Shown: in pieces, positions 18,568 through 26,489 of the stretch | Layout: each line of letters starts with the position of its first letter | Position numbering within the stretch: position 1 is the first letter of the stretch | Sequence record: OQ221542.1 | Length of the DNA: 40,000 bases | From: Bacteroides phage PhiCrAssBcn7 | Direction: 5' to 3' (one strand) | Position numbers and translations under genes: made by a program | Notes under the pieces: model-generated | Seen by the model: the letters and a program-made list of their open reading frames with translations, nothing else | What the model was told of the DNA's origin: nothing | The model's database searches: none

Positions 18568-19986
18568 TTACTGTTCCTCAAACTTATTCTGCAAGCCTTC
18601 TAAAGCTGCAATATAAGTTAGGAAATGTTCTGACCAACCTGAAATCTCAGCAGTCCATCTACCTCTATAATTCACTCCCTTTGTATTGGCTGACACATCA
18701 CAAATGTAATTGTAAGTACCAAAAGGCTCAGGAAGGATAGAACTATTATACATGTGGTCTATGTCCTGTGAATCTGAGAAGATGATGATTCTATCAAAGT
18801 GGACACCTTTAAACTTGGCTTTACACCAGTCTAAACATTGTTTAGTGAATATACCTCCACCACCAATATTATTTCTTGTGTCCATGATTTGCTTGAATAC
18901 ACCAAATCCCTTTTGAGGATATTTGATATGTTCAGATGCTTGCTTTCTTAGGGCATCTGAACCTGCTGTAGCCACAAGTTCATAGTCCTCACATTGATTA
19001 ATAGCTAACATAGCCATTGCACATGCTTGGTCCATTCTGTTGAACTGTGATTGACCAGAAGTAAGACTACCCATAGAACCACTGACATCTACTATAAACA
19101 AGGTTTTACCTGGAAGTTTAGGTAGATTCTTATATGATTCCAACATAGCATCTTCAATATCCCTGCTGAACTCAGGATTCATTCTTTCAGCTTTCAAGAA
19201 GTCAAGAGGCAATAACATTGATGATTTAAGTCTTGTTAATCCCTCAACAATAACTCTTCTATCAACATCTGCTTTCTTCATGTTATTTATGTTTCTCAAC
19301 ATAGCCAGACCACCAATCTTATTCTCAAAGATTAATTTAGTCCAAGTCTCTTTCCTGTCTTCACCAGCAGACAATAACACTTCCCATGTTTCAGGTGGTG
19401 TAAGAGTTCTGTCAGCTACTTTCTTGAATAACTTGGTTTCATAGTCATTGTTTGGCTTGGGTCTGCATAAGAACATAACATCTCTCAGCTTAATAGCTGC
19501 ATTCCTGTCATATTTAGCCAACTTATACTCATTGAAATTATGAAAGGCAGCACTTAATCCTTTCTTAGCTTGGTTACAGATAGGCTTTTTACCATCCTTC
19601 CAATATAATGCCAAGAAATCTGTAAGCATGTCAGCCCTTGTAATAATCTTAGGCAACAAGTCAGCTACAAATAGCTTATGTTCAGGATATTTACACATTT
19701 CCACTGCTATAAACAGAGGTGTATGTCTCAGCTTCTGCATTAATCTTGCTTCAAGAGCAATATTGTACACATCAATGGCAGGACACAAAGGTATTAGCCT
19801 CTTGATTTCTTCTGCCACTTTGAGACCATCCATATATGCAACATCTTCCCAAAGAAGATTAGCTAATACAGCTCTTCTCAATAGTGCTACATTACTTTGT
19901 TTAGCTGCCAATGCACCTGAACCACCAGCCAGTCTTTCTGTATCCAACTTTGAAGTTGGTTTCACTAATGGATTTAACTTTCCCAT
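18568..19986 (-). CDS. rsr: TROVE + vWA domain protein, Ro60/Rsr-like RNA-binding protein
   Basis: N-terminal helical repeat (TROVE-like) region followed by vWA with complete MIDAS-type LFIVDVSGSMGS...FDRIIIFSDSQD. Confidence 0.85.
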   Translation of the reverse strand: MGKLNPLVKPTSKLDTERLAGGSGALAAKQSNVALLRRAVLANLLWEDVAYMDGLKVAEEIKRLIPLCPAIDVYNIALEARLMQKLRHTPLFIAVEMCKYPEHKLFVADLLPKIITRADMLTDFLALYWKDGKKPICNQAKKGLSAAFHNFNEYKLAKYDRNAAIKLRDVMFLCRPKPNNDYETKLFKKVADRTLTPPETWEVLLSAGEDRKETWTKLIFENKIGGLAMLRNINNMKKADVDRRVIVEGLTRLKSSMLLPLDFLKAERMNPEFSRDIEDAMLESYKNLPKLPGKTLFIVDVSGSMGSLTSGQSQFNRMDQACAMAMLAINQCEDYELVATAGSDALRKQASEHIKYPQKGFGVFKQIMDTRNNIGGGGIFTKQCLDWCKAKFKGVHFDRIIIFSDSQDIDHMYNSSILPEPFGTYNYICDVSANTKGVNYRGRWTAEISGWSEHFLTYIAALEGLQNKFEEQ

Positions 19987-20015
19987 AGAATTGTTTCTTT
20001 ATTTAATTGACACTG

Positions 20016-20047
20016 CAAAGATATGTCAAAGGTTTCATATATGCAAA
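20016..20047 (-). promoter_or_regulatory. Bacteroidales-type primary sigma promoter
   Basis: Minus strand TTTG-N20-TATCTTTG, ~30 nt upstream of the Ro60 gene. Confidence 0.75.
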
Positions 20048-20157
20048 TATATTTCCACCTTTAACATTCTTTTTATTTATTCCTCTATATTCTGGGCTTT
20101 ATCTGCTTCTGAATTACAGATAATTCACCAATAGGCTTGTCTCTTTTGATTGTTGAT

Positions 20158-20673
20158 TTAGTCAGTTTCATTACTTATTCCTTTAAGATATTCTTCTTTA
20201 GTTATTTGTACACAATTGTCAGAGAATTCTTCCTTAAATTCATCTGGAATATCTCCCTGACACCATAAATTATTAGTTCTATAATAAGAACCATCATTCA
20301 TTCTAAAATAGAATTCTGCTCCCCCAAATCCTTTTGCAAATTGGGTGTTATATCCTTTGGTTCTATCCTCCCATCCATAAGATATAAAATGAGTGCCATT
20401 GAATATTATTCTCCTTTTAGGTTCAGAAATTGGCATTCTTCTTTTCTCAATCCAAAATGCACAACAGTTGCAAACCTTTAACTCTTCCATTATATCTCTA
20501 TTAGGATTGGGTCTCCACTCCTCTGGGTCTATAGGTTTAATAGGCTTGATATTATATGCAGCCTCATAATCTCTACCACAATTAGTACAGGTGTATTTAG
20601 ATAGCTTTCTGGCTGCTTCTATCTCTTGTTGCAACTCTTCTGGAGTTCTATTAAAATAATTAGGTTGTTTCAT
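20158..20673 (-). CDS. Hypothetical protein with Cys pairs (possible zinc ribbon)
   Basis: CTNCGRDY...CNCC. Confidence 0.6.
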   Translation of the reverse strand: MKQPNYFNRTPEELQQEIEAARKLSKYTCTNCGRDYEAAYNIKPIKPIDPEEWRPNPNRDIMEELKVCNCCAFWIEKRRMPISEPKRRIIFNGTHFISYGWEDRTKGYNTQFAKGFGGAEFYFRMNDGSYYRTNNLWCQGDIPDEFKEEFSDNCVQITKEEYLKGISNETD

Positions 20674-21076
20674 CTAAATCAGGGTGTTTAAATATTAAGA
20701 ATCTGCAAGCACAGCATACTATAAGATGTTGTACACCTGTTGCAGCTAATACTCCTATTACTATTAGGTTCCAATCAGGCAATGATTCCCAATTAAATAA
20801 CCATAATGCACATAAGAAGAATGTAATCCATGTAGTACTACAGTAGATACAGAAACCAAGAGGATAAGCAATGAAACCTAAGAATCTATGCCATATATTA
20901 GGTGTATGACACCCATCTATATTACAATACATCTCTGATTTCTTTACCCATTTCTTGAGTATTACATACCACCAGTGGAATATCATATCTTCCACCTTTA
21001 AACAATTTCTGTAGAAGATTCCTAATAATCCTCCTACTAATCCAACAAGGATAAATTCAAGTACAAACTGAATCAT
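20660..21076 (-). CDS. Hypothetical membrane protein
   Basis: Multiple hydrophobic segments and conserved-looking CIYCSTTWITFFLCALW. Confidence 0.6.
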   Translation of the reverse strand: MIQFVLEFILVGLVGGLLGIFYRNCLKVEDMIFHWWYVILKKWVKKSEMYCNIDGCHTPNIWHRFLGFIAYPLGFCIYCSTTWITFFLCALWLFNWESLPDWNLIVIGVLAATGVQHLIVCCACRFLIFKHPDLDETT

Positions 21077-21099
21077 GTTTTTTTTTTAGTTCAACATTT

Positions 21100-21525
21100 T
21101 TATCTCTTCTTTAATTTAGTTTCAACAATGATTGGTTCAATATCCTTCCACTCAGTAATATTGTTACTATCAACTGGTTTACCACCATTGAATGTACATA
21201 TAGTTATGTGTGGAATCTTGTTAGCACATACTGTACACATAGAACCTCCAGCTACTCTAAAAGCTAAAGACTTATCTGATGCCCCAATACCATCTATAAT
21301 TATAGAGTATCTCTCCCCCAATCTATCCTCAAAAACAGCTTCTTTTATGTAATCACTCTGAGACACATGTAATAATGTACAATGGTCTAAGTACTCCTTC
21401 TCAGATTTCAAGATTTCAGGTTGATAATTAGAATTAATCAACCAAGTCTTTAATTCAGCTTTACTCTCTTCTGTGAGAAATAAGCCATAATACTTAAAGT
21501 CTTTCATATTACCACCTATTTGCAA
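21100..21525 (-). CDS. 2H phosphoesterase/LigT-like candidate
   Basis: YYGLFLTEESKAELKTWL...DHCTLLH...PHITICTFNGG; two HxT motifs with typical spacing. Confidence 0.55.
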   Translation of the reverse strand: MQIGGNMKDFKYYGLFLTEESKAELKTWLINSNYQPEILKSEKEYLDHCTLLHVSQSDYIKEAVFEDRLGERYSIIIDGIGASDKSLAFRVAGGSMCTVCANKIPHITICTFNGGKPVDSNNITEWKDIEPIIVETKLKKR

Positions 21526-21736
21526 AACTTGTTATTTCACCTCTCCTGTCCATTTCTTCTTGGTGCTTTTCATACCCCTTTTCTCTCCTTCTCTTAGATA
21601 ATTCCATTTCTTCTGGAGTATCTTTATGAGTCAGAGTTAGTTTTCCATCCATGTTCTCAAACACACTGTTTACTCTACTTATCTCCATATCCCTTGGATA
21701 TTTTGATAATTTAATGATTAATTCTTGTACAGTCAT
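21509..21736 (-). CDS. Hypothetical protein
   Basis: 75 aa ORF (MTVQELIIKLSKYPRDMEI...). Confidence 0.55.
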   Translation of the reverse strand: MTVQELIIKLSKYPRDMEISRVNSVFENMDGKLTLTHKDTPEEMELSKRRREKGYEKHQEEMDRRGEITSFANRW

Positions 21737-21899
21737 AGTATAATAGTTTATTAGAATTTACTTCTTGTCATTTCTTGTGATTTACAAGGTAGAAATGTCT
21801 TACAGCCCATAACACCCTTTATAGCTTACCTATTAGCATCCTGTGTTTTCTGTATTTATTGTATTGCAGCCCACACCAGACCAAAACCATTTACAATTG

Positions 21900-22001
21900 T
21901 GGACTAACAAGGGATTGAACCATTGCAGTTGAATCAGTTAGCTCTCCAGACACTAAAGGTTTAAATTTCCCAAACCAGTAATAGATTACTTCTATTCATC
22001 C
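21900..22001 (-). other. Degenerate or insertion-bearing tRNA-like sequence
   Basis: GGATGAA pairs 6/7 with TTAGTCC; T-loop-like GGTTCAATCCC; D and anticodon arms not canonical. Confidence 0.25.
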
Positions 22002-22111
22002 TTGCAAAGACTTCAAGAACTTCTCAAATTACCTACCTGTGGAGTAGTTATTCCTAAGTAGCATCATCAACTGTTACAAAATGTGCACCTCTTGTATTTA
22101 TTAGCCCATTG

Positions 22112-22183
22112 TACCCCCAAGAAGACTCGAACTTCTGTCTAAAGTTTAGGAAACTCTTGTTCTATCCACTGAACTATGAGGGC
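22112..22183 (-). tRNA. tRNA-Arg(CCT)
   Basis: GCCCTCA/TGGGGGT, D arm GTTC/GAAC, anticodon arm AGAGT-TTCCTAA-ACTTT, T arm AGAAG-TTCGAGT-CTTCT. Confidence 0.9.
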
Positions 22184-22246
22184 AGAATGTAGCCATGTTT
22201 CACAACATAGCTACTCCAATCTAATTAACCTTATATAAACACATAC

Positions 22247-22987
22247 CTAAAACAACAAATTCAATTCATCAAACAACAGTTTGGCTGCTTCCTTGGCATC
22301 CTGTGCATTCTTGAAGTACACAATACCTGCATATTGTACAGTCTTGTGTTCATAGATTGCAATACCATTTGTGAGGTCAATCTGAGCAATTACTGCTGAA
22401 CCACCCATAGAAGATTTGCCAATGAAATAACCAGTCTTGCCAGCTTTCATTTCCCAACTACCATTGTAGTATTTAGCAATGATAGCCATCTTATGAAGAG
22501 TATTCCACTTGTGTTCCTCTGCATTGGGCACATTACACCAAGTACTCAACAGGCTCACTTTACTTTTCATGTAATTGTAACCAGCCAGTTCACTCTCAGA
22601 GTAAGCCTTCAATGCAATTGCTTTAAGAGCATTGTTACCACTCTTGTACCATTCCCTTGCTTCTTCAAGAGATATGGCAACATTTCTTTTCTCTTCCATG
22701 TTATTTCTTTGTTTATCAATGTCAAAATCACTTCCAGTACATTGGTTCATTACCTTTCCATTCAATAAGAAAGGTTCTATGACCTTAAGTTTGATACCAT
22801 TTTGAACCTCACAAGAGTTCTTGTCCCATCCTACTACCTGCATAGCAGTAGAATATCTTTTGTCCTTAATCATATCTCCTGCTTGGATATTATCAAAAGG
22901 ACACAAGAACATGTATTGTTTCATCTTTCTTGTCTCTGAATAACCCAGTTTTTGGTCTGTATAGACCACATAAATTGTCCGTACCAT
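22247..22987 (-). CDS. Hypothetical protein
   Basis: 246 aa ORF. Confidence 0.65.
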   Translation of the reverse strand: MVRTIYVVYTDQKLGYSETRKMKQYMFLCPFDNIQAGDMIKDKRYSTAMQVVGWDKNSCEVQNGIKLKVIEPFLLNGKVMNQCTGSDFDIDKQRNNMEEKRNVAISLEEAREWYKSGNNALKAIALKAYSESELAGYNYMKSKVSLLSTWCNVPNAEEHKWNTLHKMAIIAKYYNGSWEMKAGKTGYFIGKSSMGGSAVIAQIDLTNGIAIYEHKTVQYAGIVYFKNAQDAKEAAKLLFDELNLLF

Positions 22988-22998
22988 TTGATTATAAT

Positions 22999-23229
22999 TT
23001 AATTGAATTTGTCATCAAGGTGATTGAGATACCTACTTAATGTAAGTATCTCAAGCTCCTCTTTGTTAATAGTTTTATAACACACTCCAATAAGTATTAA
23101 TACAAGTATAAGACCATGAAAGAAATATCCATTGTCATAAATACTGTCAATACCCATCATATATAATAAGGTGACAAGAGTGGTTACATATAGTAACACA
23201 CCTTTAATTATAAGTTTAAATGTTTTCAT
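22999..23229 (-). CDS. Small membrane protein
   Basis: Two hydrophobic segments. Confidence 0.5.
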   Translation of the reverse strand: MKTFKLIIKGVLLYVTTLVTLLYMMGIDSIYDNGYFFHGLILVLILIGVCYKTINKEELEILTLSRYLNHLDDKFN

Positions 23230-23233
23230 TGTT

Positions 23234-23608
23234 TTAGTCTTTATCTGATAATACTAATACTGGCTGATATCCTTGTTTATATAATATAGTAGGCTCATGC
23301 TCATCCATTAAAGATTCTTTATCTTCTTCTGGTGCTTTAAGTATGGTTACAAGAACAGCAAATGTATCCCAATCCATAGATATAACCTGACTATACCATT
23401 CACAGTCAGGGTCAGTATAAACCATCCAATACACATAACCTCTGTTTGAATTAGAACCATGATATTCTATCACATTCTCAAGCTTAAGAGGTGTATATTC
23501 CCAAGTTTCATCAGGTTCAGTGTACTTGACTATTGGTTCAAACTTCACACAACTGCAAGCTACTGTTATTAACAGTATGCTCATAATAAGTTTAATTATT
23601 GTTTTCAT
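23234..23608 (-). CDS. Putative lipoprotein
   Basis: Signal peptide with lipobox-like ITVACSC. Confidence 0.6.
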   Translation of the reverse strand: MKTIIKLIMSILLITVACSCVKFEPIVKYTEPDETWEYTPLKLENVIEYHGSNSNRGYVYWMVYTDPDCEWYSQVISMDWDTFAVLVTILKAPEEDKESLMDEHEPTILYKQGYQPVLVLSDKD

Positions 23609-23609
23609 T

Positions 23610-23831
23610 TTAAATCTCTTTTAATAATTGAGTTAGATAATCAATTCTATCTTGTCTTGAAGGAGAATAGGAAGTATAAGAAGCATCTTGCTTTCTTTCT
23701 AAGTCCCATATTTCTTCTTGTATCCTCTTTCTTTCTTTATCTCTTGGAGAAGGACCAGTATGACTCACATAGTATGGCATTATTAAAATACCAACTACAA
23801 GTAATATAACCAACATTGCAGTTTCATTCAT
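23610..23831 (-). CDS. Small membrane-anchored protein
   Basis: N-terminal TM MLVILLVVGILIMPYY. Confidence 0.5.
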   Translation of the reverse strand: MNETAMLVILLVVGILIMPYYVSHTGPSPRDKERKRIQEEIWDLERKQDASYTSYSPSRQDRIDYLTQLLKEI

Positions 23832-23833
23832 AA

Positions 23834-24040
23834 TTATCTTTTTCTTTTATATTTATTGAACTCTTTTCTTGCAATATCACCTTTCTTGAAGGTCTGCATT
23901 GTGATGCTATTGTCTGATGCAATTACTATTGACCATTCAAAAGCATGTGTCCCAAACAGTGAAACTGTTCTACCCAAAATATCTGTAACTGTAGCTCTCA
24001 ATGTAGAGTCACAATTCTCTCTTTTAAATTTCTTAGCCAT
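23834..24040 (-). CDS. Hypothetical basic protein (start moved from the ORF-track start)
   Basis: Internal start MAKKFKRENCDSTL...; the longer ORF reads back into the adjacent tRNA-like gene. Confidence 0.6.
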   Translation of the reverse strand: MAKKFKRENCDSTLRATVTDILGRTVSLFGTHAFEWSIVIASDNSITMQTFKKGDIARKEFNKYKRKR

Positions 24041-24069
24041 GTGTTTATAAGTTAATTTGTTAATAATTG

Positions 24070-24160
24070 AAGCACATACTGGATTTGAACCAGTGACCCT
24101 CACAATAACTACCTTTAATTAATCATTAATGTGATGCTCTAACCACTGAGCTAATGTGCC
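24070..24160 (-). tRNA. tRNA-like gene with 25-nt anticodon loop (possible tRNA-Asn or -Ile with 18-nt insertion)
   Basis: GGCACAT/ATGTGCT, D arm GCTC-AGTGGTTA-GAGC, anticodon stem TCACA/TGTGA, T arm ACTGG-TTCAAAT-CCAGT; loop is TTAATGATTAATTAAAGGTAGTTAT. Confidence 0.7.
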
Positions 24161-24436
24161 TTTGATTTTGATGTTATTATATCCACCCATGTACTCTTCC
24201 TTAAATAGGCTGACTGTCTTTTTAATTTTCCTTTACTCGGTTAATAGTTGTAAGTCCCTCAGACTTGGCTACTAAGATATACCACCTGTTGTATAGTGTG
24301 TAATAAATTACTCTTTTACTCAGTGGACTCACTATTCAGCATTGCTTTCTCTTACAATATTTCATCTTTCAGGTGGATGTTTGTTTAGTCCCCTAAGTGG
24401 TCAACACTTACAATATAATACCCATCAAATATCTTA

Positions 24437-24571
24437 TTAAACTTTTACTAAGTCAGATATGTCAAAGTATTCAACACTGTTCTTCATTTTTACTTTAACA
24501 GTACTATAACATATCTTTAAAACTGTCCCATATCCATAAATTAAGTGGAATACTTTATCTCCTTCTGTCAT
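24437..24571 (-). CDS. Small ORF, MTEGDKVFHLIYGYGTVLKICYSTVKVKMKNSVEYFDISDLVKV
   Basis: 44-aa open frame below the ORF-track cutoff; sequence looks protein-like. Confidence 0.45.
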   Translation of the reverse strand: MTEGDKVFHLIYGYGTVLKICYSTVKVKMKNSVEYFDISDLVKV

Positions 24572-24918
24572 CTCTGTAAAAAGCTATGTAAATTATTATA
24601 TTAGTTATTTCTTAACACATTTTAATGGTATGTGTTCTGTCAAATGCTACTATTATTCACACTTGATTGCCTAAATTAGCCCATTGGTATGCTCACTATG
24701 TGTATATTTAGAGCATAAAATGTGCCCAATTAAACAATAATACACTCTGTTCATAAAGATTAGAACAGTAAATCCAGTTATTCTATTACTCCTCTTTGGT
24801 TAAAAGAAGAATGTAGAAAGGACATTTGAGACACTATTCTTTATACACTCTAACCCAAGCTCTAATGCAATAAGATTGACTCAACAAAGCATGAAACTTA
24901 CTACCTTCAAACATAGAA

Positions 24919-24974
24919 ACTCTCCCACTACTATCTATACTCCAGAAGAGAATTAGTATAATAGATGGGAGAGT
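24919..24974 (-). ncRNA. Strong hairpin in long noncoding region
   Basis: 9-bp perfect outer stem ACTCTCCCA/TGGGAGAGT plus inner ATACT/AGTAT. Confidence 0.5.
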
Positions 24975-25140
24975 ATATAACTTTGGTTAGCATTTTACAA
25001 TTCACTTCATTAAGTCCCTTCTGTATTTATCCTATTAAAATAGGTTAGCATATAACTTAATTGTGTAATTATAACTCTCTGTATTTATCCAAAGCAAGCA
25101 CTATTAATGCTTAAAAGATACTATTAATGCTCAGAAGAAT

Positions 25141-25165
25141 AGAAAGAAAGAGGGCAAATGCCCTC
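25141..25165 (-). terminator. Intrinsic terminator of the 25171-25431 gene
   Basis: GAGGGC-ATTT-GCCCTC followed by TTTCTTTCT on the minus strand. Confidence 0.75.
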
Positions 25166-25170
25166 CTCCA

Positions 25171-25431
25171 TTAGAATGTTGCCAACACTGGTGCACCACC
25201 TGTGCCTTCTTCATGCAATAACCAGAATGAGCTACCATCAGGTGCTTCAACATTTGATACCATTGGATGTGCAGGAATACCCTTCACTGCAACTGCTCCA
25301 GTCTTTGCACCAAATGTGAAGAACAGCTTGTTGGTCTTAGGATTCTGTTTCACTTGAATCTTGTCTACATGTTGAGCTGCTTTAAACTGTTCAACTGTCA
25401 ATGTCTCACGGAATTTTAACTGATTGTCCAT
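25171..25431 (-). CDS. Small hypothetical protein
   Basis: 86 aa ORF (MDNQLKFRETLTVEQFKAAQ...) with its own terminator. Confidence 0.65.
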   Translation of the reverse strand: MDNQLKFRETLTVEQFKAAQHVDKIQVKQNPKTNKLFFTFGAKTGAVAVKGIPAHPMVSNVEAPDGSSFWLLHEEGTGGAPVLATF

Positions 25432-25578
25432 AATTGTAAATGTTTAATTGTTAATGATTAAATTGTTTAACCATAGGGGGTAGGACCCCACTGGCTAAGT
25501 GATGGGGGAGGTGGGGTTGGTGTATATACTGCTCATGACTATGAATCAAAAAAAAAATTAAAAAAAAAAATTAAATTA

Positions 25579-25610
25579 TTTGGATAGTATCTACTATATA
25601 CTTATCTTTG
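25579..25610 (+). promoter_or_regulatory. Bacteroidales-type promoter
   Basis: TTTG-N20-TATCTTTG immediately upstream of the 25627 ORF. Confidence 0.75.
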
Positions 25611-25626
25611 ACCAAAAATTAAAGGT

Positions 25627-25932
25627 ATGAAAGAGAAGAGTTATAATTTATTTGGGAGTACTTGGAGAATACAGTTTGTAGATGAAGTAGTTGGTGAAAA
25701 TGATAGGTGGTTATTTGGAGAAACAGAGAGTCCTTCAAGGGTAATAACTATTAGCACAAAGAAGCCTGATGGTAGTAAACTTTCAAAGGATGAAATTGAA
25801 CTTACTGTCCTACATGAAATAATACATTCTATATTCCAAACTGGACAATATATGAGTTGTGATAATGATGAACCATTAGTAGAATGGACTGCAAGATGTT
25901 TAAAAGCCTTAAAAGAACAGCATATTATATAG
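25627..25932 (+). CDS. Zincin-like (HExxH) protein
   Basis: TVLHEIIHSIFQ...DEPLVEWTARCL. Confidence 0.65.
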   Translation: MKEKSYNLFGSTWRIQFVDEVVGENDRWLFGETESPSRVITISTKKPDGSKLSKDEIELTVLHEIIHSIFQTGQYMSCDNDEPLVEWTARCLKALKEQHII

Positions 25933-25934
25933 TC

Positions 25935-26339
25935 AATAGTTAAACTTTCATAAATATTAGTCCCAGATTTGGATATGTCATTTATTTTTTGTATGTTTGC
26001 ACCAGAATTAGAACTATACATCTAATTTCTCCTCCAAAGAAGTCCCTTACAGAAGTTCAGGCTTTGGAGCTGACAGGGTAGTAATCCACACTTCTCCCAT
26101 AAATAGGGAGCTTAATATAAAGGCTGGTATGCCTGTGGATGAGGTGAAAATCCTGCTAAGAAATGCCTTGATTATAAGTTACAGTAGCACACCTATGTAT
26201 ATGAGAAAAGGTTGAGGGTAAAGTGCTCTTGGGGATTAACCGCCTGTAATGAAGTGTCATGGTAGGGGTACTGGAAACTTTACTCTGGCAGAGAACCAAT
26301 CTGCTTAAGGGATTGTTATACACTTTAAAGAACAAATAT
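25935..26339 (+). ncRNA. Candidate structured noncoding RNA / leader of unknown class
   Basis: CTCCAAAG/CTTTGGAG 8-bp helix and ATCCAC/GTGGAT helix enclosing CTCCC/GGGAG and AGGC/GCCT hairpins; mostly non-ORF. Confidence 0.5.
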
Positions 26340-26489
26340 ATGAAAAGAATTATTGAAGAAGTTATTAAGAATGTAAACATTGTTAAGTGTGAAGGTGCTA
26401 TCTGTGTATCAGTAAATAACAATGATAGGAGATACTATGCACAAGGAGTTAGTTCAAGAATGTTGGATGTAAAGAGATATAAGGTATGA
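26340..26489 (+). CDS. Small hypothetical protein (internal start of 26259..26489)
   Basis: MKRIIEEVIKNVNIVKCEGAICVSVNNND...; upstream part overlaps the structured RNA candidate. Confidence 0.45.
   Translation: MKRIIEEVIKNVNIVKCEGAICVSVNNNDRRYYAQGVSSRMLDVKRYKV

Noticed and set aside
19628-20134. Antisense ORF over the Ro60-like gene
   Set aside because: Opposite strand of the motif-bearing TROVE/vWA gene.
24041-24103. N-terminal extension of the 23834..24103 ORF
   Set aside because: It translates the 3' end of the adjacent tRNA-like gene; the ATG at 24040 is more plausible.
25641-26021. Minus-strand ORF opposite the HExxH gene
   Set aside because: The plus frame has an HExxH motif and a promoter immediately upstream; the minus frame is Ser/Thr/Ile-rich.
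25935-26339. Assignment as RNase P RNA or cobalamin riboswitch
   Set aside because: Only short strings (AACCGCC, GGTGAAAATCC) match and their order and spacing do not fit; left as an unclassified structured RNA.
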